DNA from: Campylobacteraceae bacterium
GTDB taxonomy: Bacteria; Campylobacterota; Campylobacteria; Campylobacterales; Campylobacteraceae
Length of the DNA stretch: 64,000 nucleotides
Assembly (NCBI GenBank): GCA_031268335.1
Contig: JAIRXG010000025.1
Coordinates: 744 to 64,743 of the forward strand
Reading direction: 5' to 3'
Positions within the stretch are counted from its first letter, which is position 1, and every line of letters begins with the position of its first letter. Of this stretch, positions 38,648 through 47,984 are shown piece by piece. Below the pieces are notes generated by a model, which did not search any database, was not told where the DNA came from, and was given only the letters and a program-made list of their open reading frames with translations. A program made the translations under genes and the position numbers.

Positions 38648-39109
38648 TTGCAAAATTTTTCCAAAAATCAACTTACAATGTCTATTTTGATGACGCCGAA
38701 TATGGCAAATTTCAGCGGAAATGTTCACGGTGGAGATTTGCTGAAACTTTTAGACCAAGTGGCTTACGCGCTCGCGGCAAGATACAGCGGAAAAAATGTG
38801 GTAACGCTTTCGGTTGATAGAGTGCTTTTCAAAAATCCTATATCTATCGGAACATTGGTTACATTTTTGGCAAGCGTGAACTATACCGGCAAAACCTCTA
38901 TGGAGATAGGGATAAAAGTTATTTCCGAAGATATACAAAAGCACACCGTTACACACACAAACAGTTGTTTTTTTACGATGGTGGCGATTGACGACAATGG
39001 AAGACCAACTCCTGTGGAGACTTTTGTGCCTAAAAGTGCAGACGAAAAGAGGCGTTGGGAAAATGCAAAAATAAGACGAAAAAATCTACTCAAAGAAAAT
39101 CCCGCATAG
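38648..39109 (+). CDS. Acyl-CoA thioesterase (hotdog fold, YciA-like)
   Basis: Blocks are PNMANFSGNVHGGDLLKLLDQVAYALA and VTLSVDRVLFKNPI. TTG 38648 lies behind an AAAGGAG RBS. Alternative starts are TTG 38627 (ORF track) and ATG 38678. Confidence 0.82.
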   Translation: MQNFSKNQLTMSILMTPNMANFSGNVHGGDLLKLLDQVAYALAARYSGKNVVTLSVDRVLFKNPISIGTLVTFLASVNYTGKTSMEIGIKVISEDIQKHTVTHTNSCFFTMVAIDDNGRPTPVETFVPKSADEKRRWENAKIRRKNLLKENPA

Positions 39110-39937
39110 TTTTTTCACATTATCATGATATATGGATTAAAAACATTGACATAAATAACGATGAAAATAATAAAAAAATGCCGTTTCTTTGTTGTAAATA
39201 TAAAAGACGTGGTTGTAGAATTTGAAAATAATACTAAATGCAAATAAATAGCGCTAAAAGGCAAAACCATTTTCATTTTAATAGGTACATGTAACCTAAA
39301 ACAATATGGATAAAAGTCAAAACAAAAATATTGTATTGGGGTGGGCAAACTTGTCATTTACGCAACTCAAAGCGCGATTAAAGGTGTTGATTTAAGCAAA
39401 CTTTTGAAAATAAAAAAATTCCAAAGTTCACGTTTTAAATAATCTATCACAAAGATAAAATCGGAAAAACAACCATTGCAACGACTTATTGTCTATTATC
39501 AGAAAAATAACGATACCAAATCCGCCTACATGTAATGAAATACGTCATCATCGAGCTAGTATTTTATTTTTTCAGTAATGATTGAAGCAACAAAATATTG
39601 ACTTTGGTTTTATTCTAAGTAAAAACTTGAATATATTTTCGCGAGGTATTGAAGGTAAGATGGCTTTTTTACTCTTGCAAGTTTACTTATGTTGCGCGTT
39701 ATAACCGTGTCGTAATTTATATGCTTTTAACAAATGTATAAATTAAAGTGAAGAGCTCAAGAAATTGTAAAAGATACAAGTTACTTAAAAATGTTTTATA
39801 AAAACTGTTTTTAGTGAAATGAAGCCAAGAACTCTAGCCATTGATACTTAAAGATACACGCTTGAGTTCTTTCTCAAAAAATTGGTTAATTTTTGAAGAA
39901 CTCTAGCAGTATTTTATTAAGTTAATAATTGTAAGTT

Positions 39938-40480
39938 TTACTGTTTTTTGTAAAATTTTTCAATCTCTCCCATGTAAACTCTGTGATAGTCTTTTAGTGG
40001 GTAAAGATCATTTATGCTTTTGTCTATAAAATTTTTTGGATCAAAAGCGCCAAAGTAGATTTTTTTGCAAACTACTATCTCTTTTGCTTCCTCAAAACTT
40101 ATAATATCTTCATCAAAATATATAGGCGTTACGTTTGCTGTTCGTGCTTTATCCGTGTCGCGTCCTGATTTATTGCCAAATACTTTATGCACTTTGCTTT
40201 TGAAAGATTTATCAAAAAAGGTCAAGGTAAAGTGGGCTGATTTTTCTATAAAGTCACATGTATGGCGAGTAGGACGCACATATACTATGGCGATATTTCT
40301 TTCCCAAAGATGTCCGATTGCTCCCCATGAAGCAGTCATAGTGTTATAATCGTCTTTCGTGCCTGCACTTATTGCTATCCACTCTTTACTTATCTTTGTG
40401 AACACGGAACCTTCAAAGTCTGTGGCTATATTTTTCTCTTCCCATAACTTTGAAGCTTTTATCGCCTTTGTCTGTTGCAT
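39938..40480 (-). CDS. Flavin reductase-like (FMN-binding split-barrel) protein
   Basis: Blocks are NTMTASWGAIGHLW and VRPTRHT. ATG (complement of 40478-40480) has an AAGGAG RBS. The ORF track opens 27 nt upstream at a TTG. Confidence 0.7.
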   Translation of the reverse strand: MQQTKAIKASKLWEEKNIATDFEGSVFTKISKEWIAISAGTKDDYNTMTASWGAIGHLWERNIAIVYVRPTRHTCDFIEKSAHFTLTFFDKSFKSKVHKVFGNKSGRDTDKARTANVTPIYFDEDIISFEEAKEIVVCKKIYFGAFDPKNFIDKSINDLYPLKDYHRVYMGEIEKFYKKQ

Positions 40481-40747
40481 GTAATGCTCCTTTTGAAAAT
40501 TTTGCAATTATATTTAATTTCTTTTTAAATACAAGTAAAAAAGATATTTTTGCATTAAATGGAATATCTAAAATACTCTAATTATTCATGAGGTATTTTC
40601 GTGCTCTATCGCCTGATTTGTCAAGATTTAGCTTGCACAAGTCGCTGCATTACTATTTTTTTATAATTTTTTATTGTCTGCAAAAAGACAAGAAAATCGT
40701 CTTTTAAATAAATTATTTTGCAAAGAGAGGTCAGCCGGATATTTAAC

Positions 40748-41683
40748 TTATATGAAAAACTCTTCTATCGTTTTTCGCATCTCATTTATATCAATAATAG
40801 AGTTCACTTTATGACGAAATGCAGCAGCTTCGGGAAAAGATTTTGAGTATGCATGTAAGTGTTTTCTAAATAGAACTACTCCCATTTTTTCTTTGTAAAA
40901 CTTTGCCATAAGTTGCAAATGCTCCAAAACGATAGATTTTATAAATGATTTATCAACGCTGTTTTGGTTGTGCTTTAATTGGTAAAATATCCAAGGATTG
41001 CCTATCGCGCCGCGCCCTATCATCAATCCGTTGCATTTAGTGAGCTCTTTGACTGTTGTTGCACCCTCATAAGTTGTAATATCGCCATTGGCAAAAATAG
41101 GGATTTTGGTCGCTTCTTTTGCGCGTTTTATCGCGTCATAATCTACTTCGGATTTATACGCGCCGCTTCTTGTTCGCCCGTGAATGCTGATAAAATCAGC
41201 CCCAGCATTTTCAATAGTTTTGGCTATGATTTCAGGCGTTTTTTCACTAAAACCGATACGAGTTTTAACAGAAGTGTAGCGTTTGTTTGAGTATTTTTTT
41301 ATGGTTTCTACAATTTGCGATAGACGCGGCAAATCCTTTAAAAGCGATGAACCGGCATCTTGTGCCACGACTTTTGGCACGGGGCAGCCGCAATTTAGAT
41401 CAATACCCGCTATACCCTCTATGTCATTTAAAATTTCAACTGCTTTTATGATACTGTTCGTATCGCTTCCTACGATTTGCACTATGTACATATCTTCATT
41501 TGGCGCGCGCTCTAACATGTGAAAGGTTTTTTTTGAATCTCTTATAAGCGCGTTTACGCTTATCATCTCTGAAAATGTCAAATCAACGCCGAATTTTTTG
41601 CAAATATGACGAAAAGGCAGGTCTGTAAAACCTGCAAGTGGAGCCAAAGCCGTTGGGCTTTGGTCAAAATTAATCTCAAGCAT
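40748..41683 (-). CDS. dusB: tRNA-dihydrouridine synthase
   Basis: 311 aa. Blocks are LAPLAGFTDLPFR, IDLNCGCP and HGRTR. Confidence 0.9.
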   Translation of the reverse strand: MLEINFDQSPTALAPLAGFTDLPFRHICKKFGVDLTFSEMISVNALIRDSKKTFHMLERAPNEDMYIVQIVGSDTNSIIKAVEILNDIEGIAGIDLNCGCPVPKVVAQDAGSSLLKDLPRLSQIVETIKKYSNKRYTSVKTRIGFSEKTPEIIAKTIENAGADFISIHGRTRSGAYKSEVDYDAIKRAKEATKIPIFANGDITTYEGATTVKELTKCNGLMIGRGAIGNPWIFYQLKHNQNSVDKSFIKSIVLEHLQLMAKFYKEKMGVVLFRKHLHAYSKSFPEAAAFRHKVNSIIDINEMRKTIEEFFI

Positions 41684-42696
41684 TAAACGATAAGGTCTGT
41701 ATCTACGATTTTTCCATTATCGCGCAAGAAAAGTAAAATTCTGAACTTTTCAAATTCGCTATCTTCATTGTTTTCTAAAAAGTCTCTCGCTTTATCTATC
41801 AGTCTTAATTCAAACAATATATACAGGTATGCGAACGCTGCATGTTGATTTTTAGACTGGACATTATCATAAAGCTTTAAAAGTGCGTCAGGCTCAACAA
41901 CTATTTTGAGTATTTTTGCCGTATCTAAAAACTCGCTGGAACTCATAGGAGTTTTTTCCAAAAGTTCTTTTATTTCGGCGTTGCTCAGCGTAAAGTCATC
42001 ATTTTGGTCGGTAAATCTTTTAAATAAAATAAGCAGCATATCGCTCGTTAAGTCAAAATTATACCCCTTTATATCCGCATATGAAGCTTGTTTTAAAAGC
42101 GTATAGAAAGCTTTTTTGCATATTTCGCTATCAAGAGAACTGCAATGTTTTAAAGTTTCATCAATAAATTTTTTGTCGTTTTGTGAAAAATTGAGACGAT
42201 TTTGATTTAGAAGGTCATTGTCGCTTCTTAAGCGAAATTTTTTCAAATCCACATATTCGCCATTTCTTATCTTCTCTAAAATGCTAAATATCTCGTCAAG
42301 CTCTTTTTCGCCAGTTTTTTCATCGGCGCTTTTAGGGTTGTAGCTCATTTTTTTAATCGCCGCAGCTAAAGCTTTAAAAGGTTCTGTTTTATACTCCAAA
42401 TCTTTTTCTTCGCCTAAAAGGGTATGTTTTATATGCAATACAAGTGTTTCATAATCTTTTTTAGTAAGTCGTTTTGCCAAAAAATTTTTTACAGAGTAAA
42501 ACAACATATGGATTACAGAAGCTATGAACAAAGCAACTGCCGGTATGATAAACCACACGGCTATAGGCAGCTCCCAACTATAGTTGAAAAATGTCAATGT
42601 ATAATATGCGTTTTCATTTGGAACTATACTGTAGACATAAATGCCGACAATCGCCAAAAGTAAAACAGAGAAGACTATATATTGTTTAATACCCAT
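41683..42696 (-). CDS. Membrane protein, function unknown (two N-terminal TM helices plus a helical cytoplasmic region)
   Basis: 337-aa ORF. It has 1-nt TAATG-type overlaps with dksA upstream and dusB downstream, which suggests an operon. I recognised no catalytic motif. Confidence 0.6.
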   Translation of the reverse strand: MGIKQYIVFSVLLLAIVGIYVYSIVPNENAYYTLTFFNYSWELPIAVWFIIPAVALFIASVIHMLFYSVKNFLAKRLTKKDYETLVLHIKHTLLGEEKDLEYKTEPFKALAAAIKKMSYNPKSADEKTGEKELDEIFSILEKIRNGEYVDLKKFRLRSDNDLLNQNRLNFSQNDKKFIDETLKHCSSLDSEICKKAFYTLLKQASYADIKGYNFDLTSDMLLILFKRFTDQNDDFTLSNAEIKELLEKTPMSSSEFLDTAKILKIVVEPDALLKLYDNVQSKNQHAAFAYLYILFELRLIDKARDFLENNEDSEFEKFRILLFLRDNGKIVDTDLIV

Positions 42697-43064
42697 TAGA
42701 AACCCCTTTTTTTATTTTTTTCTTTTTCCGAAATTTCACGACATATAATGCAGTATTTTGCATGTGGTTTTATTTTGAGCCTTTGAATACTTATGGCTTC
42801 TTCACACATCTCGCATATCCCATAAGTACCTTTTTCTACTTTACCCAGAGCGTATTCTATCTCAAAAAGTTCTTGCGACTGTTGTATATTTAAAACTTGA
42901 TCGATAAGATTGTTTACATTTAAAGTTGCAAAATCAACCTCATCTCTAGCATCGGAGACATCTAAACCTTCAATCTCTTTCGTTGCTCCGTCAATGTTTT
43001 TTAAAACTTGTTCTTTTCTTTCAAGAAGTAAGTTTTTAAAGAACTCAATATCGTTTTGTTTCAT
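42696..43064 (-). CDS. dksA: DksA/TraR-family C4 zinc-finger regulator
   Basis: 122 aa. It has a coiled-coil N-terminus and a CEMCEEAI...CIICRE zinc finger. Confidence 0.85.
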   Translation of the reverse strand: MKQNDIEFFKNLLLERKEQVLKNIDGATKEIEGLDVSDARDEVDFATLNVNNLIDQVLNIQQSQELFEIEYALGKVEKGTYGICEMCEEAISIQRLKIKPHAKYCIICREISEKEKNKKRGF

Positions 43065-43085
43065 TTTCGTCCTTAGGTTTGATTT

Positions 43086-43544
43086 TTACTCTTTATGATA
43101 CGGGTGGTTGTTTTTTATGCAAAGTCCGCGATAAATCTGTTCAAACAACACCAGTTTTGCTATTTTATGTGCATATGTTAAACTACTTAAGCTTATAACT
43201 CTTTGAGTGCGTTTTAAAAATTGTTTTTCAAAACCATACGCGCCGCCTATGAAAAATCTTATATCCGCGTCGTTATCAAAGATTTTGCCAAACTCTATAC
43301 TGTCTAACATTTCTCCATCTTTGTCGAGCGCTAAGGTATAATTTTTAATATACGGTTCAAAACTTTGAGTGTATGATTTTTGCGCTTCCAACACCCCTTT
43401 GCTTTGCGCTGATGCGATTTTACTGTTAAAAAGCGATATATCTTCTATTTTGGCGAAACGCAAAATCATCTTTGTAAACTCTTCCGTCATATTTTTAATT
43501 TCACTTTGAGGAGTTTTTTCAATAGAATACACTGTAATCTTCAT
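43086..43544 (-). CDS. rlmH: 23S rRNA (pseudouridine1915-N3)-methyltransferase RlmH
   Basis: 152 aa of SPOUT fold. Blocks are FFIGGAYGF and LVLFEQIYRG, with an HPYHK tail. Confidence 0.88.
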   Translation of the reverse strand: MKITVYSIEKTPQSEIKNMTEEFTKMILRFAKIEDISLFNSKIASAQSKGVLEAQKSYTQSFEPYIKNYTLALDKDGEMLDSIEFGKIFDNDADIRFFIGGAYGFEKQFLKRTQRVISLSSLTYAHKIAKLVLFEQIYRGLCIKNNHPYHKE

Positions 43545-44067
43545 AAAGTCCCGAACCTATCGTTAAATATGTTACATATTTAAACTCATCATACAATTTT
43601 ACTCCGCCTATGGCTGCGACCGGTTTTCTGGAGAATTTGGCGAGCGAATCAAGCGTGTTTCCTAGAATATTGGTTGTACTCTTAGTGCTTGTTTTGCGAT
43701 ATGCGCCAAGTCCTATATAATCAATGGGTAAAAAATTTGCCGCAGCTATTTCATCTGCATTGTGAGTTGATAAACCAAAAAGTTTTTTGTCGCCGATAGT
43801 ATGTCTTATCAAGCGGGCTGCATCACCGATATTGCCAACAAAGTTCAAAATATCTTCTTGTCCGAGATGAATGCCGTCGCAATAATCTATCAGCGTTATA
43901 TCGTCATTTATTATAAGCGGTGTATCGCTACAAAGTGATTTTATCGTCAACAAGTCCTCTTTTTTTTCATCAAAATCACCTGTTTTATTTCTATATTGAA
44001 TTAGATAAGCATCGAAACTTTTTGCCTTATCAATTATCCATTCTAATGATTGATTGTTTTTTTCCAA
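43519..44067 (-). CDS. thiE: Thiamine-phosphate synthase family protein (ThiE/TenI-like)
   Basis: 182 aa. Blocks are IQYRNK, GIHLGQED, GLSTHN, YIGLGAYR and AIGGV. It overlaps the rlmH start by 26 nt. Confidence 0.7.
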   Translation of the reverse strand: MEKNNQSLEWIIDKAKSFDAYLIQYRNKTGDFDEKKEDLLTIKSLCSDTPLIINDDITLIDYCDGIHLGQEDILNFVGNIGDAARLIRHTIGDKKLFGLSTHNADEIAAANFLPIDYIGLGAYRKTSTKSTTNILGNTLDSLAKFSRKPVAAIGGVKLYDEFKYVTYLTIGSGLYEDYSVFY

Positions 44068-44127
44068 TGTCGCTTTATCTATCAGCGCATATAATTTTAA
44101 TCTTGCGATTTTCGCTCTCCCGCTATT

Positions 44128-45000
44128 TTAATTTTTATCATCGGATACAAGCTCATTTTCTTTTTCATTTGTAAAATATCTAAGCAAATCGGCTATTGCT
44201 CGTTTCAAGTCGCCTCTTTTTATTATCATGTCAATAAGCCCGTGTTTCAATAAAAATTCCGCTCTTTGAAAACCTTCCGGCAATTCTGTGCCGATAGTTT
44301 GTTTGATGACTCTTTGTCCGGCAAATCCTATAAGAGCGCCCGGTTCTGCTATTATCACGTCCCCAAGCCATGCGAAAGATGCGCTTACTCCACCCATAGT
44401 AGGGTCTGTCAAGACGGATATGAAAGGAAGATTTTTTTCGGACAATTTTGTTAAAACAGCCGATGTTTTTGCCATCTGCATCAATGAAAACGTACTCTCT
44501 TGCATTCTTGCCCCGCCGCTTGCGCTTACTATGACAAGACCTTGATTTTTCTCTATCGCTCTTTTTGTGGCGCGCACTATCATTTCACCTTCAACAGATG
44601 CTAAACTTCCGCCCATAAATTCAAAGTCAAAAACAACAAGTTGAACGCTTATGCCTTCTATCTTGCATTCTCCTACAATTACGGCAGAATTTCTCTTTGT
44701 CTTCTCATATGCCTCTTCTATTCGTTTTTTGTATGACTTTTTATCAACAAACTTTAAAGGGTCTATCGGCGCCAAATCTTTATCAAATCCTACAAAAGTG
44801 TCTTTATCGCTCAACAAATTTATTCTCTCCAGCGCGTTTATTCTCATGTGAAATCCGCATTTTGAGCAGACATTGGCTTGAAGCATAATCTCTTTTCTGT
44901 ACATCAAAGAGCCGCACGCTTCGCACTTTACCCAATGACTTGGAGCTTCGTTTGCTTTAGGTTGTTCCTTGCGCGTTTTAAATATTTTAGAAAAATCCAT
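44128..45000 (-). CDS. accD: Acetyl-CoA carboxylase carboxyltransferase subunit beta
   Basis: 290 aa. It has an N-terminal Zn ribbon (CEACGS...CSKCG) and the blocks FEFMGGSL and SGGARMQE. Confidence 0.95.
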   Translation of the reverse strand: MDFSKIFKTRKEQPKANEAPSHWVKCEACGSLMYRKEIMLQANVCSKCGFHMRINALERINLLSDKDTFVGFDKDLAPIDPLKFVDKKSYKKRIEEAYEKTKRNSAVIVGECKIEGISVQLVVFDFEFMGGSLASVEGEMIVRATKRAIEKNQGLVIVSASGGARMQESTFSLMQMAKTSAVLTKLSEKNLPFISVLTDPTMGGVSASFAWLGDVIIAEPGALIGFAGQRVIKQTIGTELPEGFQRAEFLLKHGLIDMIIKRGDLKRAIADLLRYFTNEKENELVSDDKN

Positions 45001-45721
45001 TTATAGATTGCTCCTTTATAAAGTTAGAAATTTTATCAAATATTCCCTTATCTTTACTTACAAGCAGAAAATTATCATTTCTAAATCTAAATAAATCCTC
45101 GCACATGTACCAGCCGCCCGCGATGTCAAACTCTCTGATTTTTCCTTCGTACAGCACAAAATTTACTTCGTGAGCCATACCCAAAGATAGAGCCAATGCT
45201 CCCATGGAACGATATTTTAAGCGTTCGTTTTTTAAAAAATCATGAAGTTTGTCGGAATTGTAAGACTTTTCAAAAATGCCGACGCTTGAAAAAGCGTTTG
45301 GAAAAATATTTTCTGTTTCGGAGTTGAATAATGAGCGTTTTTGAAAAGTATCAAAACTTCTTACATGTAAAGAGCCGTTTGATAAGTTTGTTACGACGGC
45401 GTGCGTGACAACGCCATTTTTTTGTCTGGCAACAGATGTACCGAAATACGGTATATTTGAGATAAAATTTTCACTACCGTCAATTGGATCTACGATGATA
45501 ATATCACTGTTTTTTCCTATCATGCCGCTTTCTTCGGAGTATATCGCGCCAAATTTTTTTAAATGTTTTACAAAAATACTTTCAGCTTTCAAATCCGCTT
45601 TTATGCTTATGTCTCCGCCAAAACCTTTTGAGAGTTTTTCGCATAAAAGATTGTGTGCAGAGTTTTGTAAAAGATGGTAAATTTCAAGATTGGCGTCTAT
45701 GACGGAGTGTAAAAATTCCAT
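44987..45721 (-). CDS. Inositol monophosphatase-family protein (SuhB/CysQ-like)
   Basis: 244 aa. Blocks are EESG, IVDPIDGSENF and GGWYMCEDL. Confidence 0.75.
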   Translation of the reverse strand: MEFLHSVIDANLEIYHLLQNSAHNLLCEKLSKGFGGDISIKADLKAESIFVKHLKKFGAIYSEESGMIGKNSDIIIVDPIDGSENFISNIPYFGTSVARQKNGVVTHAVVTNLSNGSLHVRSFDTFQKRSLFNSETENIFPNAFSSVGIFEKSYNSDKLHDFLKNERLKYRSMGALALSLGMAHEVNFVLYEGKIREFDIAGGWYMCEDLFRFRNDNFLLVSKDKGIFDKISNFIKEQSINGFF

Positions 45722-45808
45722 TATTTAATCCGTTTTTGCCGTACATAATACCCAAATGCGCTTTATCTTATGATAAAATGGAGTATACATGTAAAGACAA
45801 AGGCGCTT

Positions 45809-46429
45809 ATGCAAGGGTTTATCATAAATATCAATAAAGTTCGCGACGAGGATTTGATAGTATCTATCCTCACCAAAGAAAAGTTAAAAACCACATATAG
45901 ATTTTATGGAGCGAGGCATTCGACAATAAATCTTGGTTATTTGATAGATTTTGAGACGCAAGTGAGCGCAAAATCAAGTATCGTTCAACTAAGAAATGTT
46001 ATACATTTGGCTCATAGTTGGAATCTTGAGAGAGACAGGTTTTATTTTTGGCAGCAGTTTGTGAAGCTTTTTTACGGTCATTTGAGAGATATTGAAAATC
46101 TTGACGGTTTTTATTTTGAACTTTTAGTCGGTTGTGCTAAAAAATGGCAGAAACAAAACCCAAAAAGAGTTATAGTCGAGGCATATCTGGAACTTCTCTT
46201 TTTCGAGGGCAGACTTCACTCGCTGGAAGAGTGTTTTTTGTGCGAAGAGAAAATTACAGGCGATGAAATAGCGTTAGCACGTGCTTTTTTGCCTGCTCAC
46301 CCCGAGTGTATTCACAATAAAGGCTTGAAAACGGCTAAAATAAAAAAACTTTTTTTAACAAAACAGACGATTTTACTTGACGACGATGAAGTAGAATATT
46401 TATACATGGTAACTCAAGAGGGATTTTAA
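45809..46429 (+). CDS. recO: DNA repair protein RecO
   Basis: MQGFIININKVRDEDLIVSILT...YRFYGARHS resembles Campylobacter RecO. A Cys cluster (CFLCEE...HPEC) lies at the C-terminus. The ORF track opens 39 nt upstream. Confidence 0.8.
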   Translation: MQGFIININKVRDEDLIVSILTKEKLKTTYRFYGARHSTINLGYLIDFETQVSAKSSIVQLRNVIHLAHSWNLERDRFYFWQQFVKLFYGHLRDIENLDGFYFELLVGCAKKWQKQNPKRVIVEAYLELLFFEGRLHSLEECFLCEEKITGDEIALARAFLPAHPECIHNKGLKTAKIKKLFLTKQTILLDDDEVEYLYMVTQEGF

Positions 46430-46510
46430 GCGCGATAATATTGGTAATAAATTTGGGTAACGATAGTTGGCGGGAATATTTCGGAGAAAATTTTAAAGAG
46501 TTAAATACAT

Positions 46511-47968
46511 CTATTTTGTTTTTGCGTTTTTATTACTTTTGACCTGCTTGTACGATAAGATTGTCGCTATTGTCAATAGAAGGAACGATACGATAAATGC
46601 GGCGCGCATACCAAATACAAAAAGTTCTTCCTCGCCTTTTGCAAAAGTTCTTACATGTAGTCCGGATTTTATGCTCATAGCCATAAAAAGTATTGTCGTA
46701 GCAAGCGCTATACCTGAAATATTGCCCATATTTTTTGCCAAAGAATTTAAGCTACCCATCATGCCAAGATGATTTTTATCAACAGAACTTATAACAGAGG
46801 TATTGTTAGAGGGGAAAAATAGGGCAGAACCCAGTCCCACAAGAGCCGCCGCAATAGGAAAAAATAACATATTCGTATCAACGCTGATAAAAATCAGCAT
46901 AACATGAGCCAGAGCCAAAATCAAAATGCCTATAGTAGTTATTTTGCTTGCGCTGATTTTTCCGACCAAAACTCCTGAAATAGGGGCGCATACTACCATC
47001 ATTATCGGCAATATCATCAAAATAAGTCCCGTGCGGCTTGCTGAGTATTCTCTTGCATTTTGCAAATAAAACGGCATAAGAATATTAAAAAAATAATTTG
47101 AGGCAACTACGGCAAATGCGCAAAAAAGACCTATTCCAACTGATTTTATTTTAAAGAGAGCAAACTCTATAAGAGGCGATTTTTTCTTAAGTTCGTATTT
47201 TATAAAAGCGATTATACTAATGATTGCCGCTGAAAATAGAAGAAGCACTATAGGTTTTCCAAAACCTATCTCTTGTCCGGCAAATGCGGCTGTAAAAAAT
47301 GATACGATGAACAAAGCGTAGATACAAAAACCCATAAAATCCATTTTTGATTTGCTTTTTATGATATCTTTTGGTAGATATTTTACTCCAAGATACATAG
47401 CAAATAATCCAAATGGAACATTAATCCAAAAAATATAAGACCATGGCAAATATTCTACCATAATACCGCCGACGCTAGGACCTATTATGGTGCCAAGAGA
47501 CGCTATGGAGCTAACAAAACCTATAACTTTGGCTCTATCTTTTAGCGAAAACACTTCAACTATTATTCCGAAATTTGTAGCCATAGTCATGCTTGCGCCG
47601 AATGCTTGAATAACGCGAGCAGATATCAGCATCAACAGTGAATTGCTGAAACCTGCCAAAAAAGAACCCGTTATAAAAATCCCTATTCCTATCCTGAATA
47701 TCTTTATTTTACCGATACTATCGCCCGCTTTCCCGAAAAGTATCAAAAATGTACATAATATTATCATGTATACCGCTACTATCCATATTGATTTGTTCAT
47801 ATCTATATTCAAATCTTTGGCTATAACAGGAAGCGCAATGTTTATAATACCGCCGTCCATAGTTGCCATGAAGTTAAAAAGCATAACGCTGAAAAATATT
47901 TTCCAGCGGCTTTTTTGTACCTCGGGTATTTCATAAAGATTTTGGTATTTTTGCTCTTCTTTGTACAT
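46511..47968 (-). CDS. MFS drug:H+ antiporter (14-TM EmrB/QacA-like), tandem paralog 1
   Basis: 485 aa, multi-TM, with a GKxGDxxGK motif. It is collinear with the adjacent 481-aa ORF and, by eye, well over half identical. Confidence 0.88.
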   Translation of the reverse strand: MYKEEQKYQNLYEIPEVQKSRWKIFFSVMLFNFMATMDGGIINIALPVIAKDLNIDMNKSIWIVAVYMIILCTFLILFGKAGDSIGKIKIFRIGIGIFITGSFLAGFSNSLLMLISARVIQAFGASMTMATNFGIIVEVFSLKDRAKVIGFVSSIASLGTIIGPSVGGIMVEYLPWSYIFWINVPFGLFAMYLGVKYLPKDIIKSKSKMDFMGFCIYALFIVSFFTAAFAGQEIGFGKPIVLLLFSAAIISIIAFIKYELKKKSPLIEFALFKIKSVGIGLFCAFAVVASNYFFNILMPFYLQNAREYSASRTGLILMILPIMMVVCAPISGVLVGKISASKITTIGILILALAHVMLIFISVDTNMLFFPIAAALVGLGSALFFPSNNTSVISSVDKNHLGMMGSLNSLAKNMGNISGIALATTILFMAMSIKSGLHVRTFAKGEEELFVFGMRAAFIVSFLLLTIATILSYKQVKSNKNAKTK

Positions 47969-47984
47969 GTAGGGTCAAAAACTC

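Noticed and set aside
39115-39357. An 80-aa ORF (-) just after the thioesterase gene
   Set aside because: The translation is low-complexity (Phe/Ile/Thr-rich), with no RBS or motifs. It is probably a chance ORF in AT-rich DNA.
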